Part shown: positions 41,136 through 51,920 of the stretch, piece by piece
Position numbering within the stretch: the stretch's first letter is position 1
How the letters are laid out: each line of letters opens with the position of its first letter
Origin: an uncultured Verrucomicrobiae bacterium
GTDB lineage: Bacteria; Verrucomicrobiota; Verrucomicrobiia; Limisphaerales; Palsa-1400
Reading direction: 5' to 3'
DNA length: 64,000 bases
NCBI GenBank assembly: GCA_963707025.1
Contig: CAVPOM010000010.1
Location: forward strand, 96,001-160,000
The notes under the pieces: model-generated
What the model was told of the DNA's origin: nothing
Seen by the model: the letters and a program-made list of their open reading frames with translations, nothing else
The model's database searches: none
Translations under genes and position numbers: made by a program

Positions 41136-42892
41136 TCACCATGTCGTCTCTGCTGCATTTGGGTCGTCATACCACAACGTAAGATAATCGTCATACGGAT
41201 TATGTGGCCCCATCACCCAATAAAACGGGGCGCAAGGAAAATAAAAAGTCACAGCCATCCCACAGGAAATTGGAAAAGAGTGTTGGCTTGACCATTTGAA
41301 CCTGCCACAAGGCAGGCATGAAAAACAAAAAAATCAAACCAACACGGTCCCGGTTTAACGTTTTGCGCCAGATTTGCAATCTCATTCCTGCGCATGAAGT
41401 CTCCAAAATAGCGCGGGAGACCGGGGCTCTGGATAAGTCGCGCACCTTCAGTCCGTGGAGTCACACGGTCAGTTTGCTGGACGCGCAACTCACCCATTGC
41501 ATCGGACTCAACGATCTGTGCGACTCGCTGCAATTGCATTCCGGGCCGCTGTCCACTTTGCGCGGCGCCAGCGCCCCCAGCCGCAACGGCCTCTCCCACG
41601 CCAACCGGGAGCGTCCGGCCCAGATGGCCGAACAACTCTTCTGGCGGGTCCTGGAGCATTTGAAAGCACAGACGCCCGGCTTTGCCGCGGGCCAGCGCCG
41701 TGGCCCCGCCTTCCGTTTCAAGATGCCCATCCATGTGATTGATAGCACGACCATGGAACTGGTGGCCAACTGCCTGGACTGGGCCAAGCACCGCCGGCGC
41801 AAGGCCGCCGCCAAAACCCATATGCGGTTGAATCTGTAGAATCTTTTGCCCGGTTTTGTCATTGTGGACACTGCCGCCGAGCACGACAACCGACGGGCGC
41901 GGGAACTGTGCGCCGACTTGAAGAGCGGCGAAATCGCCTTGTTCGACAAGGGTTATGTGGACTTCGGCCACTTGCGGGATTTGGACGGGCGCGGGGTCTT
42001 TTGGGTGACGCGGGCCAAGGAGAACATGGGCTATGAGGTGGTGCGGAAAATGCCCGCCTCCAGAGACCCGAAGATTTTGCGCGACGAAGTGATCGTCCTG
42101 AGCAACGAGAACAAACCCGCGCCGGAGTTGATGCGCCGGGTGGTGGCGCTGGTCGAGATTGATGGAGAGGAACGGGAAATGACCTTCCTGACCAACAACC
42201 TGGAGTGGAGTCCGCGCAGCGTGGCCGACCTTTACCGCTGCCGCTGGCAGATCGAAGTCTTCTTCAAACAAATCAAGCAGACCTTGCAGTTGGCGGATTT
42301 TCTGGGCCACAACGCCAACGCCGTGCGCTGGCAGGTGTGGACGGCGCTGTTGACCTACGTGCTGTTGCGCTACCTCAGTCACCTCTCCAACTGGGCGCAC
42401 AGCTTCACCCGGCTGTTCACGATTTTGCGGGCGGCGCTCTGGGAGAAATATGATCTGCTCAATTTGCTGGCGTGCTATGGGACAGCAGGCGGCAGCTTTC
42501 GCCACTTGGCGCGGCCCGAGCAGGCGTATTTCCCCGGCTTCCAATAAAGCTATGGGACAGCACACGCGCCCAAACAGGCGCATACCAAACCCAAAAGCCA
42601 AACTCGGAAAAATCAAAATCTCATTTTACCCCGAAGACCAATTAAACCCTTGCAAATGAACAGGTCAGCACCAGACTTTTCCCCTTATGAGACGGGTGTG
42701 ATAAAAAGTCGTTCGAACACGTTCGGGGGCAAAATCAAAATAGCCGCGACCATCCAACGCATAAAAGGGACCCAAGAAAAGCAAGTAAGCGGGATAAACC
42801 AGCACAAGGAAAAGCAACCACCTTCGCACACGCCGAGCGGAACACGACGGCGTTGACAACGTCAACGGATGCTCTGTGCTGAAAACATTCAT
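41136..42892 (-). pseudogene. Small membrane protein interrupted by IS4 copy 2
   Basis: Removing the IS and one TSD gives ...WLLFLVLVYPAYLLFLGPFYAL...VRTTFY-FPCAPFYWVMGPHNPYDDYLTLWYDDPNAAETTW in frame. Confidence 0.75.
41250..42700 (+). mobile_element. IS4-family element, copy 2 (premature TAG at 41837-41839)
   Basis: Same ends; 9-bp TSD ATAAAAAGT; CAG changed to TAG relative to the other copies. Confidence 0.96.
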
Positions 42893-43059
42893 TGGCCCGC
42901 TTACAGTCTGCTTTCAGTATGTGACCATCGCCTCGTTTATTGAAACACAAAAATCCAATGGATCAGAAAGCGCTTGTTTTTTTGCCGCGGCCGGTGGAGG
43001 TTGCATGAAATGAAGCCCTTAATCAGGAAATCAGCAATGGTTATGTGAGTGCCGCCTTT

Positions 43060-44085
43060 ATGAAACCTGCCTCGAGAACCCAATCCGGCGGCACATCGCC
43101 GGGCGGCCGCCAATCCGTCATCTGCGGCGCGGGCCGGGCGAGCCAGGGCTTCACGTTGATCGAATTGCTGGTGGTCATCGCCATCATCGCGATTCTCGCC
43201 GCCTTGCTGCTGCCCACGCTGGCGCGGGCCAAGACCACGGCGCTGGGCGCGCAATGCAAGTCGAACATCAGGCAACTGGCCATTTCGTGGGAATCGTACG
43301 CGGACGACAACAAGAACAAGTTCGTCGTCAATACCGACAATCCCATTCCACTGAACGTGCCCAGGATTTCCCCGTCCTTGAGCTGGCTGGACGGGGCGGA
43401 GGCCTGGGAAGCCAATACCTTTGACAATACGAACTTCAACTTTATTTCGGGGGCTCTCCTGGGGCCGTACGTGGGCCAGAATTTCAAAGTCTATCATTGC
43501 CCGTCCGACCAGTCCGCCACCCTGATCATGGGAAGTTTGCAGGGCCGCTTGCGCAGCATTTCCATGAACGGTTTCGTCGGCCTTAATGCAGACTGGGAGG
43601 CGGATTGGCTCAGCTACCTCAAGCTCTCTGATTTGGCGCATCCTGGTCCGGCCATGCTGTTGGTATTTCTTGACGAACATCCCGACAGCATCAACGACGG
43701 CTGGTTCATGTTCGCCAACGAGGGCGTGCTGGATAACGGGACGGGGGACGGAGCTTGGTTCAACCTCCCCGCCAGTTATCACAACGGGGCGTGCAACCTG
43801 AGTTTTGCCGACGGCCACTCCGAATCGCACCGCTGGGCGGACAAGGCGATGCTCAAGCCGGTGCTCAAGTCGGACTACGTTTTCGCCCAGCCGCAAGTGC
43901 GGACTTCTCCCACCGGCCCGGATTACCAGTACATGCTCGCAGCACGCGTCCTACAAATTCAAATAGCTCGAACCAACCAAAAATGCCCAAAGCTACGGTT
44001 TGACCCGAATGGCGCTTACATAAGGCATTCGGGTTCTTCGCTGTTTTCGGTGGATTTCTTCCGCCTGGACAACCGCCGGAAGTAG
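43060..44085 (+). CDS. Prepilin-type N-terminal cleavage/methylation protein with H-X9-DG motif; 3' end uncertain
   Basis: [39 protein letters not shown] and YHNGACNLSFADGHSE. Confidence 0.9.
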   Translation: MKPASRTQSGGTSPGGRQSVICGAGRASQGFTLIELLVVIAIIAILAALLLPTLARAKTTALGAQCKSNIRQLAISWESYADDNKNKFVVNTDNPIPLNVPRISPSLSWLDGAEAWEANTFDNTNFNFISGALLGPYVGQNFKVYHCPSDQSATLIMGSLQGRLRSISMNGFVGLNADWEADWLSYLKLSDLAHPGPAMLLVFLDEHPDSINDGWFMFANEGVLDNGTGDGAWFNLPASYHNGACNLSFADGHSESHRWADKAMLKPVLKSDYVFAQPQVRTSPTGPDYQYMLAARVLQIQIARTNQKCPKLRFDPNGAYIRHSGSSLFSVDFFRLDNRRK

Positions 44086-44101
44086 CGCAGGGTCCGCTCC
44101 C

Positions 44102-44270
44102 GACCATTGCTCGGAAACAGCCGTTACATCGTTACACACATTGGGTATGACGGTGAAGTCAAGCGGAAGGGGACCATTGCTCCGTTACAGCCGTTACATC
44201 GTTACACCTGTTGCACCACAAGCACTTACGCATTTTAGAGCCGTTACACCCCCGTTACATGCCGTTACAT
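44102..44270 (+). repeat. Cluster of eight GTTACA direct repeats (iteron/arm-like)
   Basis: GTTACA at 44123, 44131, 44184, 44193, 44201, 44243, 44254 and 44264, plus a duplicated GACCATTGCTC. Confidence 0.8.
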
Positions 44271-44443
44271 CTTCGGAGGTGTTAAAACTCCCATGCTTTG
44301 TACAATATTATCGGTAACCCCTTCCAGCGCTGCCGTTTCCATGATGACGGCCATGCGGCGCTCGTGCTGCACGGCCGCCAGTTCAGCCCTCGCCTCACCT
44401 CCATGCCGTCGCACACCATCGCGGCCATCCCAACACTCACGCC

Positions 44444-45700
44444 TCATTGGGAACTGATGCGGTAGTATCTTCCGGCGCTGACCGGCTGAAAAGGTTCGCT
44501 GAAATAATAGGAACCGTTGGTGAGGGTGAGGCTCTGCAACGGAGTCCAAACTTGGCTGGCCAGATTGGTGCAGGCTTCCACCACGATGGGGATATTGCTG
44601 GTGCCGGTGATGTTAAACCCAAATTGATTGTTCCGCACGCCAAAGGTGCCGTCCCCGGTTTGGATCAGCGGGTTCCAGAGGACGGCAGGACAAAAGTCGA
44701 AAGAGTTGCTCCAGCCGGTGGCTCCCGGCAGGTAATAGACCGTCCCCTGGAGCAGGGATCCAAGATTGGGTCCATCGTACGGAATAATGCCCGGCGCGTC
44801 GTCTAGGAAATAGATGCTGGTCAAGGGGCATCCTTGGAACGCGTCAGCCGCGAAATTGGTGACGCTGTTGGGAATGGTCACGCTCGTCAAGCTATTGCAG
44901 TTAACAAACGCATCGTCGCCAAGGCTCGTCACGGTGTCCGGAATCGTCACCTTCGACAAGAAGGCGCATTCCGCGAATACAGAATTTCCAATGCTCGTAA
45001 TGCTCTTGGGTATTGTGACGCTCGTCAGGAAGCAGTGGGAGAAGGCAGAATCTCCGATGTTGGTGACGCTGGCGGGAATCGTCAGATTGGTCAGGCCAAG
45101 GCATCCCTCGAACGCCGAATCACCGATGCTCGTGACGTTGGTGGGGATGGTGAGGCTGGGCAGTTCACTACAGTGTCCGAATGCTTGATCCCCGATGCTT
45201 GTGACGCCGCCAGGGATCGTGACGCTCGTCAACTGCCAGCACTCGAGGAACGCGCGCGCCGCGATGCTGGTAATACCATCGCCGATTATGGCGTTGGTTA
45301 GGCTGAGGCATTGAGCGAACGCAGAATCCCCCATGTTGGTGACGCTATTTGGGATTACAAGGCTGGTCAAGTACTCGCAGTTGGAGAAGGCCCCGACTCC
45401 AAGGACTGTGACGCTGTCGGGAATGGCAACGTTTGTCAGGCTCAAGACGTTTGCGAATGCATTCGTCCCGATGACCATCACGGAAAGGCTTGTGATCGTG
45501 CTTGGAATGGCCACGGCGCCGCCTGAACCGGTGTAAAGCGTGATGGTAATCGTGTTGTCCGCGTTAGTCACGTAATCGTAATCCTGCGTCTCCTTAGCAT
45601 TCCCCGCAGAAGGCCCGGCCAGGAGGCCCAATCCAAAAAGGATGAGTCCACGAATAATAACCTCCTTTGTCATAATCTTTTTCTCCGTATCTAAATCCAT
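44444..45700 (-). CDS. BspA-type leucine-rich-repeat surface protein with C-terminal sorting-like domain
   Basis: Repeated LTSVTIPxxVTSIGDxAFxxC; signal peptide; ends VVEACTNL...WTPL...RYYRISSQ. Confidence 0.92.
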   Translation of the reverse strand: MDLDTEKKIMTKEVIIRGLILFGLGLLAGPSAGNAKETQDYDYVTNADNTITITLYTGSGGAVAIPSTITSLSVMVIGTNAFANVLSLTNVAIPDSVTVLGVGAFSNCEYLTSLVIPNSVTNMGDSAFAQCLSLTNAIIGDGITSIAARAFLECWQLTSVTIPGGVTSIGDQAFGHCSELPSLTIPTNVTSIGDSAFEGCLGLTNLTIPASVTNIGDSAFSHCFLTSVTIPKSITSIGNSVFAECAFLSKVTIPDTVTSLGDDAFVNCNSLTSVTIPNSVTNFAADAFQGCPLTSIYFLDDAPGIIPYDGPNLGSLLQGTVYYLPGATGWSNSFDFCPAVLWNPLIQTGDGTFGVRNNQFGFNITGTSNIPIVVEACTNLASQVWTPLQSLTLTNGSYYFSEPFQPVSAGRYYRISSQ

Positions 45701-45736
45701 TTTTCTGTTTCTCCCAATGGGGGCGGATTAGTTTTG

Positions 45737-47653
45737 TTAAGGAAAGCTGGAGGCGCCCCCAATATAGCCGTAGGCATCATCGGGCCCCCACCCATAGGCC
45801 TGCACCTCGATCGGCTGCGTACTTCTGATTGTATTGGTGCTCCCGGGAGGAACTGAGATGCGCGCCCCGGAGTAGCCGCTTTGGCCTATCTGTAGGAAAT
45901 TGTTGGTTGAGATGTTTGTGCCATCCATCATTGTCGTTGAGATGGCCGATTGGGGAACGATGAGATTGACGAAATTCTGGTCAAAGTCCCCGGTATCGCC
46001 GAAGTCTGCGGGAATGGTGATGGTGTAAGAGGTCAAATAATGACGCGTCGGCGGCAACAGCATCTCGAGGGGATCCCCTTCATTGTTATTCGTGCCATCG
46101 AATGCGTATCCATCGGGGAATTGGGCCACTTGAATGGGCTTGTTGGCCTGGAATTGCGCCCAGCCCCCCAGGTTGGTGTCAAAGAATTGCCCCGCGCCAA
46201 GGTTGGTCGTGAACACGCCCTTTGGGGACCATACTGTTACTTGCGCGCCATTAGTCGCCGCAAGGACACGATAAGTGTCCCCATTAGTTCGACCGGCGAA
46301 GGAAAGGGACAGCGCTTGGGTTCCCCAGGAACAGACCGGCAGTTGCTCCTGCACGAGTGGGTTGCCGCTCTCGGTCAATTCGTAAGGCACGAGGGCATTT
46401 CCCGCGCCAGCGAAAACGGCAATCGGGTTATCTGATGTGATCCATGTTCCGGTCACATCGTTGGTTATCGTGCCGCTGGAAACTTGATAACTCTGCCCGT
46501 TGGTCAGGGCGACCCTGTAGCTGTTGCTGTAAGAACCACCAGACGATGTTGCCAGATTCGCGTTGGTTGAAGGATTGATGGTCACGATTGCGCCCTCGGC
46601 TGTCGCGACGATGGCAAACTGCGAGGTGTAACTGTCACCGCTGAGGGACGGACGGGCCATGAGACAGTAATTGGTCCCCAGCATCGGGGTTGGAAAAGCA
46701 GTGAACGCCCAGCTTCCTTCCGGATAAAAATCCATGCCATAAACGGACAGTTGTTGGCTGGCAGTAATATGGAAGGTGAAGCCAACATTCGTAGCGTCAT
46801 AATTTGGAATGGCCACCTCCTCAAGCAGATCGTTAAGCAGAATACCGTTCATGGTTGCGGGCATCAGGATGAAACTGGTGGTAATGCCTCCTGATACCCT
46901 TATACTGTTGCTCACCTGAGTTGTAAAGTTAAGCCAGTAATAACCGCCTAATCCTGCACCATTTACAAAAGCGACCCAGAAATCAGTTCCGGAGGAGGAA
47001 TTGGTCGCCCCCAACGCGAAGAAGCGCTGCGGGTCTCCCTCGTTGGTCAACGGGATGATCGTTTGTCCCGGCGTGGTGGTCATGAACCACTGCCAGACGA
47101 TGGGCGGGGCCAGGTTGGTTGTGGTCAGGATATTGTACACCCCGTTGGTGACGTACCACGGTGTGTGAAGCACCAAGCTGGCCGACGTTGCGTTCGACGA
47201 TGGGGCAATCTCCAGGTACAAATCATTCGTGGTGTATTGAACCATCGGCATGCTGACACCGCCGGCGGAGTTGGTACCGCCGGAGTTTGTCCCGCCTGGC
47301 GGGGGCGGGGCACCGGAGACCATTGCGCCCATTCCGCCAGTTTGGGCAGAAGTCGCGAACATGGCATTGCCAGAAGCGGAATAATCCCATCCCCTGTCAT
47401 CCACGATGAAAATGTTGCTGGAGAGGCCGGCGTACACCGCCAGTTGCGGCAGCCAGTCAGTCGGCCAGGGAGGAATATTGAGCTGGGCAGAAAAGAACGT
47501 CCCCGTGGAGGGGACGCTCGCCAGCGGGGTTGCGGCTGGGTCGGTTGCTCCCCCCACCAGGATTTGGGCCTCGATTGCGCCGGGCAACAAGCCTCCCAAT
47601 GTGAAAAGGCCGAACGCAACAACAGCCTTTAAAGTTTTCATCTTTGCTTCCAT
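45737..47653 (-). CDS. Secreted IgGFc-binding-domain protein
   Basis: Signal peptide; GTDFWVAF, PTPMLGTNY, EQLPVCSWG, ANKPIQVAQF, GDPLEMLLPP and AYGYIGG. The longer ORF start at 47860 lies inside the IS. Confidence 0.8.
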   Translation of the reverse strand: MEAKMKTLKAVVAFGLFTLGGLLPGAIEAQILVGGATDPAATPLASVPSTGTFFSAQLNIPPWPTDWLPQLAVYAGLSSNIFIVDDRGWDYSASGNAMFATSAQTGGMGAMVSGAPPPPGGTNSGGTNSAGGVSMPMVQYTTNDLYLEIAPSSNATSASLVLHTPWYVTNGVYNILTTTNLAPPIVWQWFMTTTPGQTIIPLTNEGDPQRFFALGATNSSSGTDFWVAFVNGAGLGGYYWLNFTTQVSNSIRVSGGITTSFILMPATMNGILLNDLLEEVAIPNYDATNVGFTFHITASQQLSVYGMDFYPEGSWAFTAFPTPMLGTNYCLMARPSLSGDSYTSQFAIVATAEGAIVTINPSTNANLATSSGGSYSNSYRVALTNGQSYQVSSGTITNDVTGTWITSDNPIAVFAGAGNALVPYELTESGNPLVQEQLPVCSWGTQALSLSFAGRTNGDTYRVLAATNGAQVTVWSPKGVFTTNLGAGQFFDTNLGGWAQFQANKPIQVAQFPDGYAFDGTNNNEGDPLEMLLPPTRHYLTSYTITIPADFGDTGDFDQNFVNLIVPQSAISTTMMDGTNISTNNFLQIGQSGYSGARISVPPGSTNTIRSTQPIEVQAYGWGPDDAYGYIGGASSFP

Positions 47654-47664
47654 TGGTTTGGATT

Positions 47665-49115
47665 CACAGCCATCCCACAGGAAATTGGAAAAAAGTGTTG
47701 GCTTGACCATTTGAACCTGCCACAAGGCAGGCATGAAAAACAAAAAAATCAAACCAACACGGTCCCGGTTTAACGTTTTGCGCCAGATTTGCAATCTCAT
47801 TCCTGCGCATGAAGTCTCCAAAATAGCGCGGGAGACCGGGGCTCTGGATAAGTCGCGCACCTTCAGTCCGTGGAGTCACACGGTCAGTTTGCTGGACGCG
47901 CAACTCACCCATTGCATCGGACTCAACGATCTGTGCGACTCGCTGCAATTGCATTCCGGGCCGCTGTCCACTTTGCGCGGCGCCAGCGCCCCCAGCCGCA
48001 ACGGCCTCTCCCACGCCAACCGGGAGCGTCCGGCCCAGATGGCCGAACAACTCTTCTGGCGGGTCCTGGAGCATTTGAAAGCACAGACGCCCGGCTTTGC
48101 CGCGGGCCAGCGCCGTGGCCCCGCCTTCCGTTTCAAGATGCCCATCCATGTGATTGATAGCACGACCATGGAACTGGTGGCCAACTGCCTGGACTGGGCC
48201 AAGCACCGCCGGCGCAAGGCCGCCGCCAAAACCCATATGCGGTTGAATCTGCAGAATCTTTTGCCCGGTTTTGTCATTGTGGACACTGCCGCCGAGCACG
48301 ACAACCGACGGGCGCGGGAACTGTGCGCCGACTTGAAGAGCGGCGAAATCGCCTTGTTCGACAAGGGTTATGTGGACTTCGGCCACTTGCGGGATTTGGA
48401 CGGGCGCGGGGTCTTTTGGGTGACGCGGGCCAAGGAGAACATGGGCTATGAGGTGGTGCGGAAAATGCCCGCCTCCAGAGACCCGAAGATTTTGCGCGAC
48501 GAAGTGATCGTCCTGAGCAACGAGAACAAACCCGCGCCGGAGTTGATGCGCCGGGTGGTGGCGCTGGTCGAGATTGATGGAGAGGAACGGGAAATGACCT
48601 TCCTGACCAACAACCTGGAGTGGAGTCCGCGCAGCGTGGCCGACCTTTACCGCTGCCGCTGGCAGATCGAAGTCTTCTTCAAACAAATCAAGCAGACCTT
48701 GCAGTTGGCGGATTTTCTGGGCCACAACGCCAACGCCGTGCGCTGGCAGGTGTGGACGGCGCTGTTGACCTACGTGCTGTTGCGCTACCTCAGTCACCTC
48801 TCCAACTGGGCGCACAGCTTCACCCGGCTGTTCACGATTTTGCGGGCGGCGCTCTGGGAGAAATATGATCTGCTCAATTTGCTGGCGTGCTATGGGACAG
48901 CAGGCGGCAGCTTTCGCCACTTGGCGCGGCCCGAGCAGGCGTATTTCCCCGGCTTCCAATAAAGCTATGGGACAGCACACGCGCCCAAACAGGCGCATAC
49001 CAAACCCAAAAGCCAAACTCGGAAAAATCAAAATCTCATTTTACCCCGAAGACCAATTAAACCCTTGCAAATGAACAGGTCAGCACCAGACTTTTCCCCT
49101 TATGAGACGGGTGTG
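47665..49115 (+). mobile_element. IS4-family element, copy 3 (intact transposase 47733-48962)
   Basis: Same ends; 9-bp TSD GTTTGGATT; 409-aa ORF with DDE motifs IDST, FDKGY and YRCRWQIE. Confidence 0.97.
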
Positions 49116-49275
49116 GTTTGGATTCAATTAATACTCCTTGGACGCTTGACAGCGACCGCATGACGACTACACTTACAATCTTATGCCTGTTACTTGCCGC
49201 AAGGCAATCCACATTTCTTGGTAATTAAGCCCCTTTTCTTGCCCCAGCATGGGTCAATTCAGCGGAAAAGCCCGA

Positions 49276-50105
49276 CCTCACCCGCCGCCTTCGCCGGGCC
49301 TACGGCGGGCAGGCCTCCCCTCTCCTCCAGGAGAGGGTGAAATATCCGCCGCCCTGGCGAAAGGACGGAGCCGGGATTTGCCGGACGCGCATGCGCCCAA
49401 ACCCAGGCGGGCGATGTCAGTTCCTTCTCCCAGGGGGAGAAGGTCAGGATGAGGGCGGGCTGCGAGAAATTTTGTAAAGCGGTCAAGCCCGGAATTCGGA
49501 ATTACATTCATACTTGCTTCGCCTGCACAGCCGCCGTGTTTTGCTTTCTCCTTGAGGCATGAGCGAGGATTAGAGGAAATCGTGGGGATGAGGCGAAGCC
49601 AAAAAGCCAAGTCAGTGGAGAAGCTCGACCTCACCCCAGCCCTCTCCTCCAGGAGAGGGTGAAACATCCGCCGCCCTGGCGAAAGGACGGAGCCGGGATT
49701 TGCCGGACGCGCATGCGCCCAAACCCAGGCGGGCGATGTCAGTTCCTTCTCCCAGGGGGAGAAGGTCAGGATGAGGGCGGGCTGCGAGAAATTTTGTAAA
49801 GCGGTCAAGCCCGGAATTCGGAATTACATTCATATATGCTTCGCCTGCACAGCCGCCGTGTCCTGCTTTCTCCTTGAGGCATGAGCGAGGATTAGCGGAA
49901 ATCGTCGGGATGAGGCGAAGCCAAAAAGCCAAGTCAGTGGAGAAGCTCGTCCTCACCCCCGCCCTCTCCTCCAGGAGAGGGTGAAACATCCGCCGCCCTG
50001 GCGAAAGGACGGAGCCGGGATTTGCCGGACACGCATGCGCCCAACCCCAGGCGCGCGATGTCTATTCCTTCTCCCAGGGGGAGAAGGTCAGGATGAGGGC
50101 GGGCC
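49276..50105 (+). repeat. Tandem array of about 2.5 x 322-bp units built from REP-like palindromes
   Basis: TCTCCTCCAGGAGAGGGTGAAA at 49321, 49643 and 49965 (period 322); each unit also holds TTCTCCCAGGGGGAGAA. Confidence 0.92.
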
Positions 50106-50227
50106 ACGATCAATTCTTTCTCACACCGGCACCCGGAACCATACATCCATAAGGCTGGCAAATGCGCCCGGATGAGTTTAACTTTTCAGATGCACCCACG
50201 GAGCGCAGTATTTTTAAGATGCCCAAC

Positions 50228-51529
50228 ATGGATTTGAGAATGGCAGGCTGGCTGGCCCTGGCCTCCGCGCTTTGCTGCGGATCGGCCGGCGCGTCGGATG
50301 TATTCCTTGCGGCGGCGGACTTTTCCGACCTGGCGTATTTCGAGTCGCTGGGTGTCACGTATAAAGATGGCGGACAGGTCCAGGACGGGCTGGCCATTCT
50401 CAAGCATCACGGCCTCAACTGCGTCCGGCTGCGGCTGTTCACCAGCAGCGCCGCGCAGGCCGCGTCGGACCCCTACAACTACGGCAACAACCTGGTCTAC
50501 AACCTGCCGCTGGCCTTGCGCGTCAAGAAGGCCGGCCTGCTCTTCTCGCTGGATTTTCATTACTCGGACACCTGGGCCGACCCCGGCCATCAAGCCACGC
50601 CCTCGGCCTGGACAAATCTGAACTTTAGCCAACTGGTGCAGCAGATGCGCAGCTACAACAGCAACACCATCTGGCAGTTTGCCACCAATGGCTCGATGCC
50701 GGATTACGTGCAAGTGGGCAACGAAATCACCGCCGGCATGTTGTGGCCCTTGGGGCAGGTCCCCGGCACCAATGCCGCCGTGCAATGGTCCCAGCTCGGC
50801 CAGTTGCTCACCGCCGCCATCCAGGGAATCCACGACGCCGCGGGGGCGGGCGCGCCGCGGATAATCATTCATATTGACAGGGGCGGGGATTGGGCCACGA
50901 CCGAGTGGTTTTTTGACAACGTCAAGGCGCAGGGGGTCGCGTTCGACATCCTGGGCGAGAGTTATTACCCGTTCTATCACGGCCCGTTGACCAATCTGAA
51001 CATTTGCCTGAGCAACGCGGCCGTGCGCTACGGCAAACCGGTCGTTGTCGCCGAGACCGCCTTTCCGTGGAACAACACCCACTGGACGACCAACATTTTT
51101 GGCTTCGTTCCCAGCACCAACGGCCAGGTCAGCTATATGGCGGCGTTGGCGCAGATCATCAAAGGCGTGACCAACCAGCTTGGCGCGGGCGTTTTCTATT
51201 GGGGGGCGGAATATCAGGCGGTCAACGGCGTCAACGAGGCTGGCTTTAATACGGCCTCGTTTTTTGATGCGGGGGGAAATGTATTGCCGGTGGCGGACGC
51301 GGTGGGCGGCCTTGGCGCCCCGCTTTATCTGAGCGCCTCGCTGCTTGGCCCGAACCTGCTGCTGCAATGGCCGTTCAGCGGAGCGGCGGCCCGGCTGATG
51401 ACCTCAACCAGTCTGGCGCCCACCGCGGTGTGGTCGCAGGCGACCAATTCGATCACCAACACCGGGCCGGTGTTCACCGTGACCCTGCCCCGCGGCGGCT
51501 CTCGTTTTTATCGGCTGCAATCGAATTAG
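50228..51529 (+). CDS. GH53 endo-beta-1,4-galactanase with C-terminal sorting-like domain
   Basis: VRLRLF, DFHYSDTWADPGHQ, YVQVGNE and VAETAF; ends SRFYRLQSN. Confidence 0.92.
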   Translation: MDLRMAGWLALASALCCGSAGASDVFLAAADFSDLAYFESLGVTYKDGGQVQDGLAILKHHGLNCVRLRLFTSSAAQAASDPYNYGNNLVYNLPLALRVKKAGLLFSLDFHYSDTWADPGHQATPSAWTNLNFSQLVQQMRSYNSNTIWQFATNGSMPDYVQVGNEITAGMLWPLGQVPGTNAAVQWSQLGQLLTAAIQGIHDAAGAGAPRIIIHIDRGGDWATTEWFFDNVKAQGVAFDILGESYYPFYHGPLTNLNICLSNAAVRYGKPVVVAETAFPWNNTHWTTNIFGFVPSTNGQVSYMAALAQIIKGVTNQLGAGVFYWGAEYQAVNGVNEAGFNTASFFDAGGNVLPVADAVGGLGAPLYLSASLLGPNLLLQWPFSGAAARLMTSTSLAPTAVWSQATNSITNTGPVFTVTLPRGGSRFYRLQSN

Positions 51530-51638
51530 AGCAGTGCGAAGAACGCCCCAGTCCAAGGACGCGGTGATTCTGCGCAACGAGGTCGTCAACTTCCGCAATG
51601 CAGCGAAAGGCGTCAGTCATGGTTGCGCCGGGAAAGGC

Positions 51639-51828
51639 AGGGCGGGCAGTCCCCTGCCCGCCGTGCCCGCCGCTCGACGGTAGTGCGACATTTATTCCTC
51701 TGCCAATGCCTGACGGCGGGCAGGGGACTGCCCGCCCTACCTGCCATGAGTCACGTATTATACCGTTTCCAGTTCGTAACTGCACTATTGCCAAGGCGAT
51801 TGGCGGCGGTCGCAGACCGCCGCTACAG
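51639..51828. repeat. GTAG-type REP doublet plus a second REP-like palindrome
   Basis: AGGGCGGGCAGTCCCCTGCCCGCCG ... CGGCGGGCAGGGGACTGCCCGCCCTAC inverted pair; CGGCGGTCGCAGACCGCCGCTACA near 51805. Confidence 0.8.
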
Positions 51829-51920
51829 TGCAAAAGCAAACCGGAAAAGGTATTGCGACAAAACCCTGCAAATGGAGGGGATGACAATGGGGCGCGGCGT
51901 CGTATGATGGGCGCCATACC

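Noticed and set aside
47654..47860. N-terminal extension of the 707-aa ORF
   Set aside because: It comes from the IS4 end; the signal peptide starts at 47653.
49276..50105. Possible CRISPR or guide-RNA array
   Set aside because: The inter-hairpin segments are near-identical rather than unique spacers, and the period is 322 bp.
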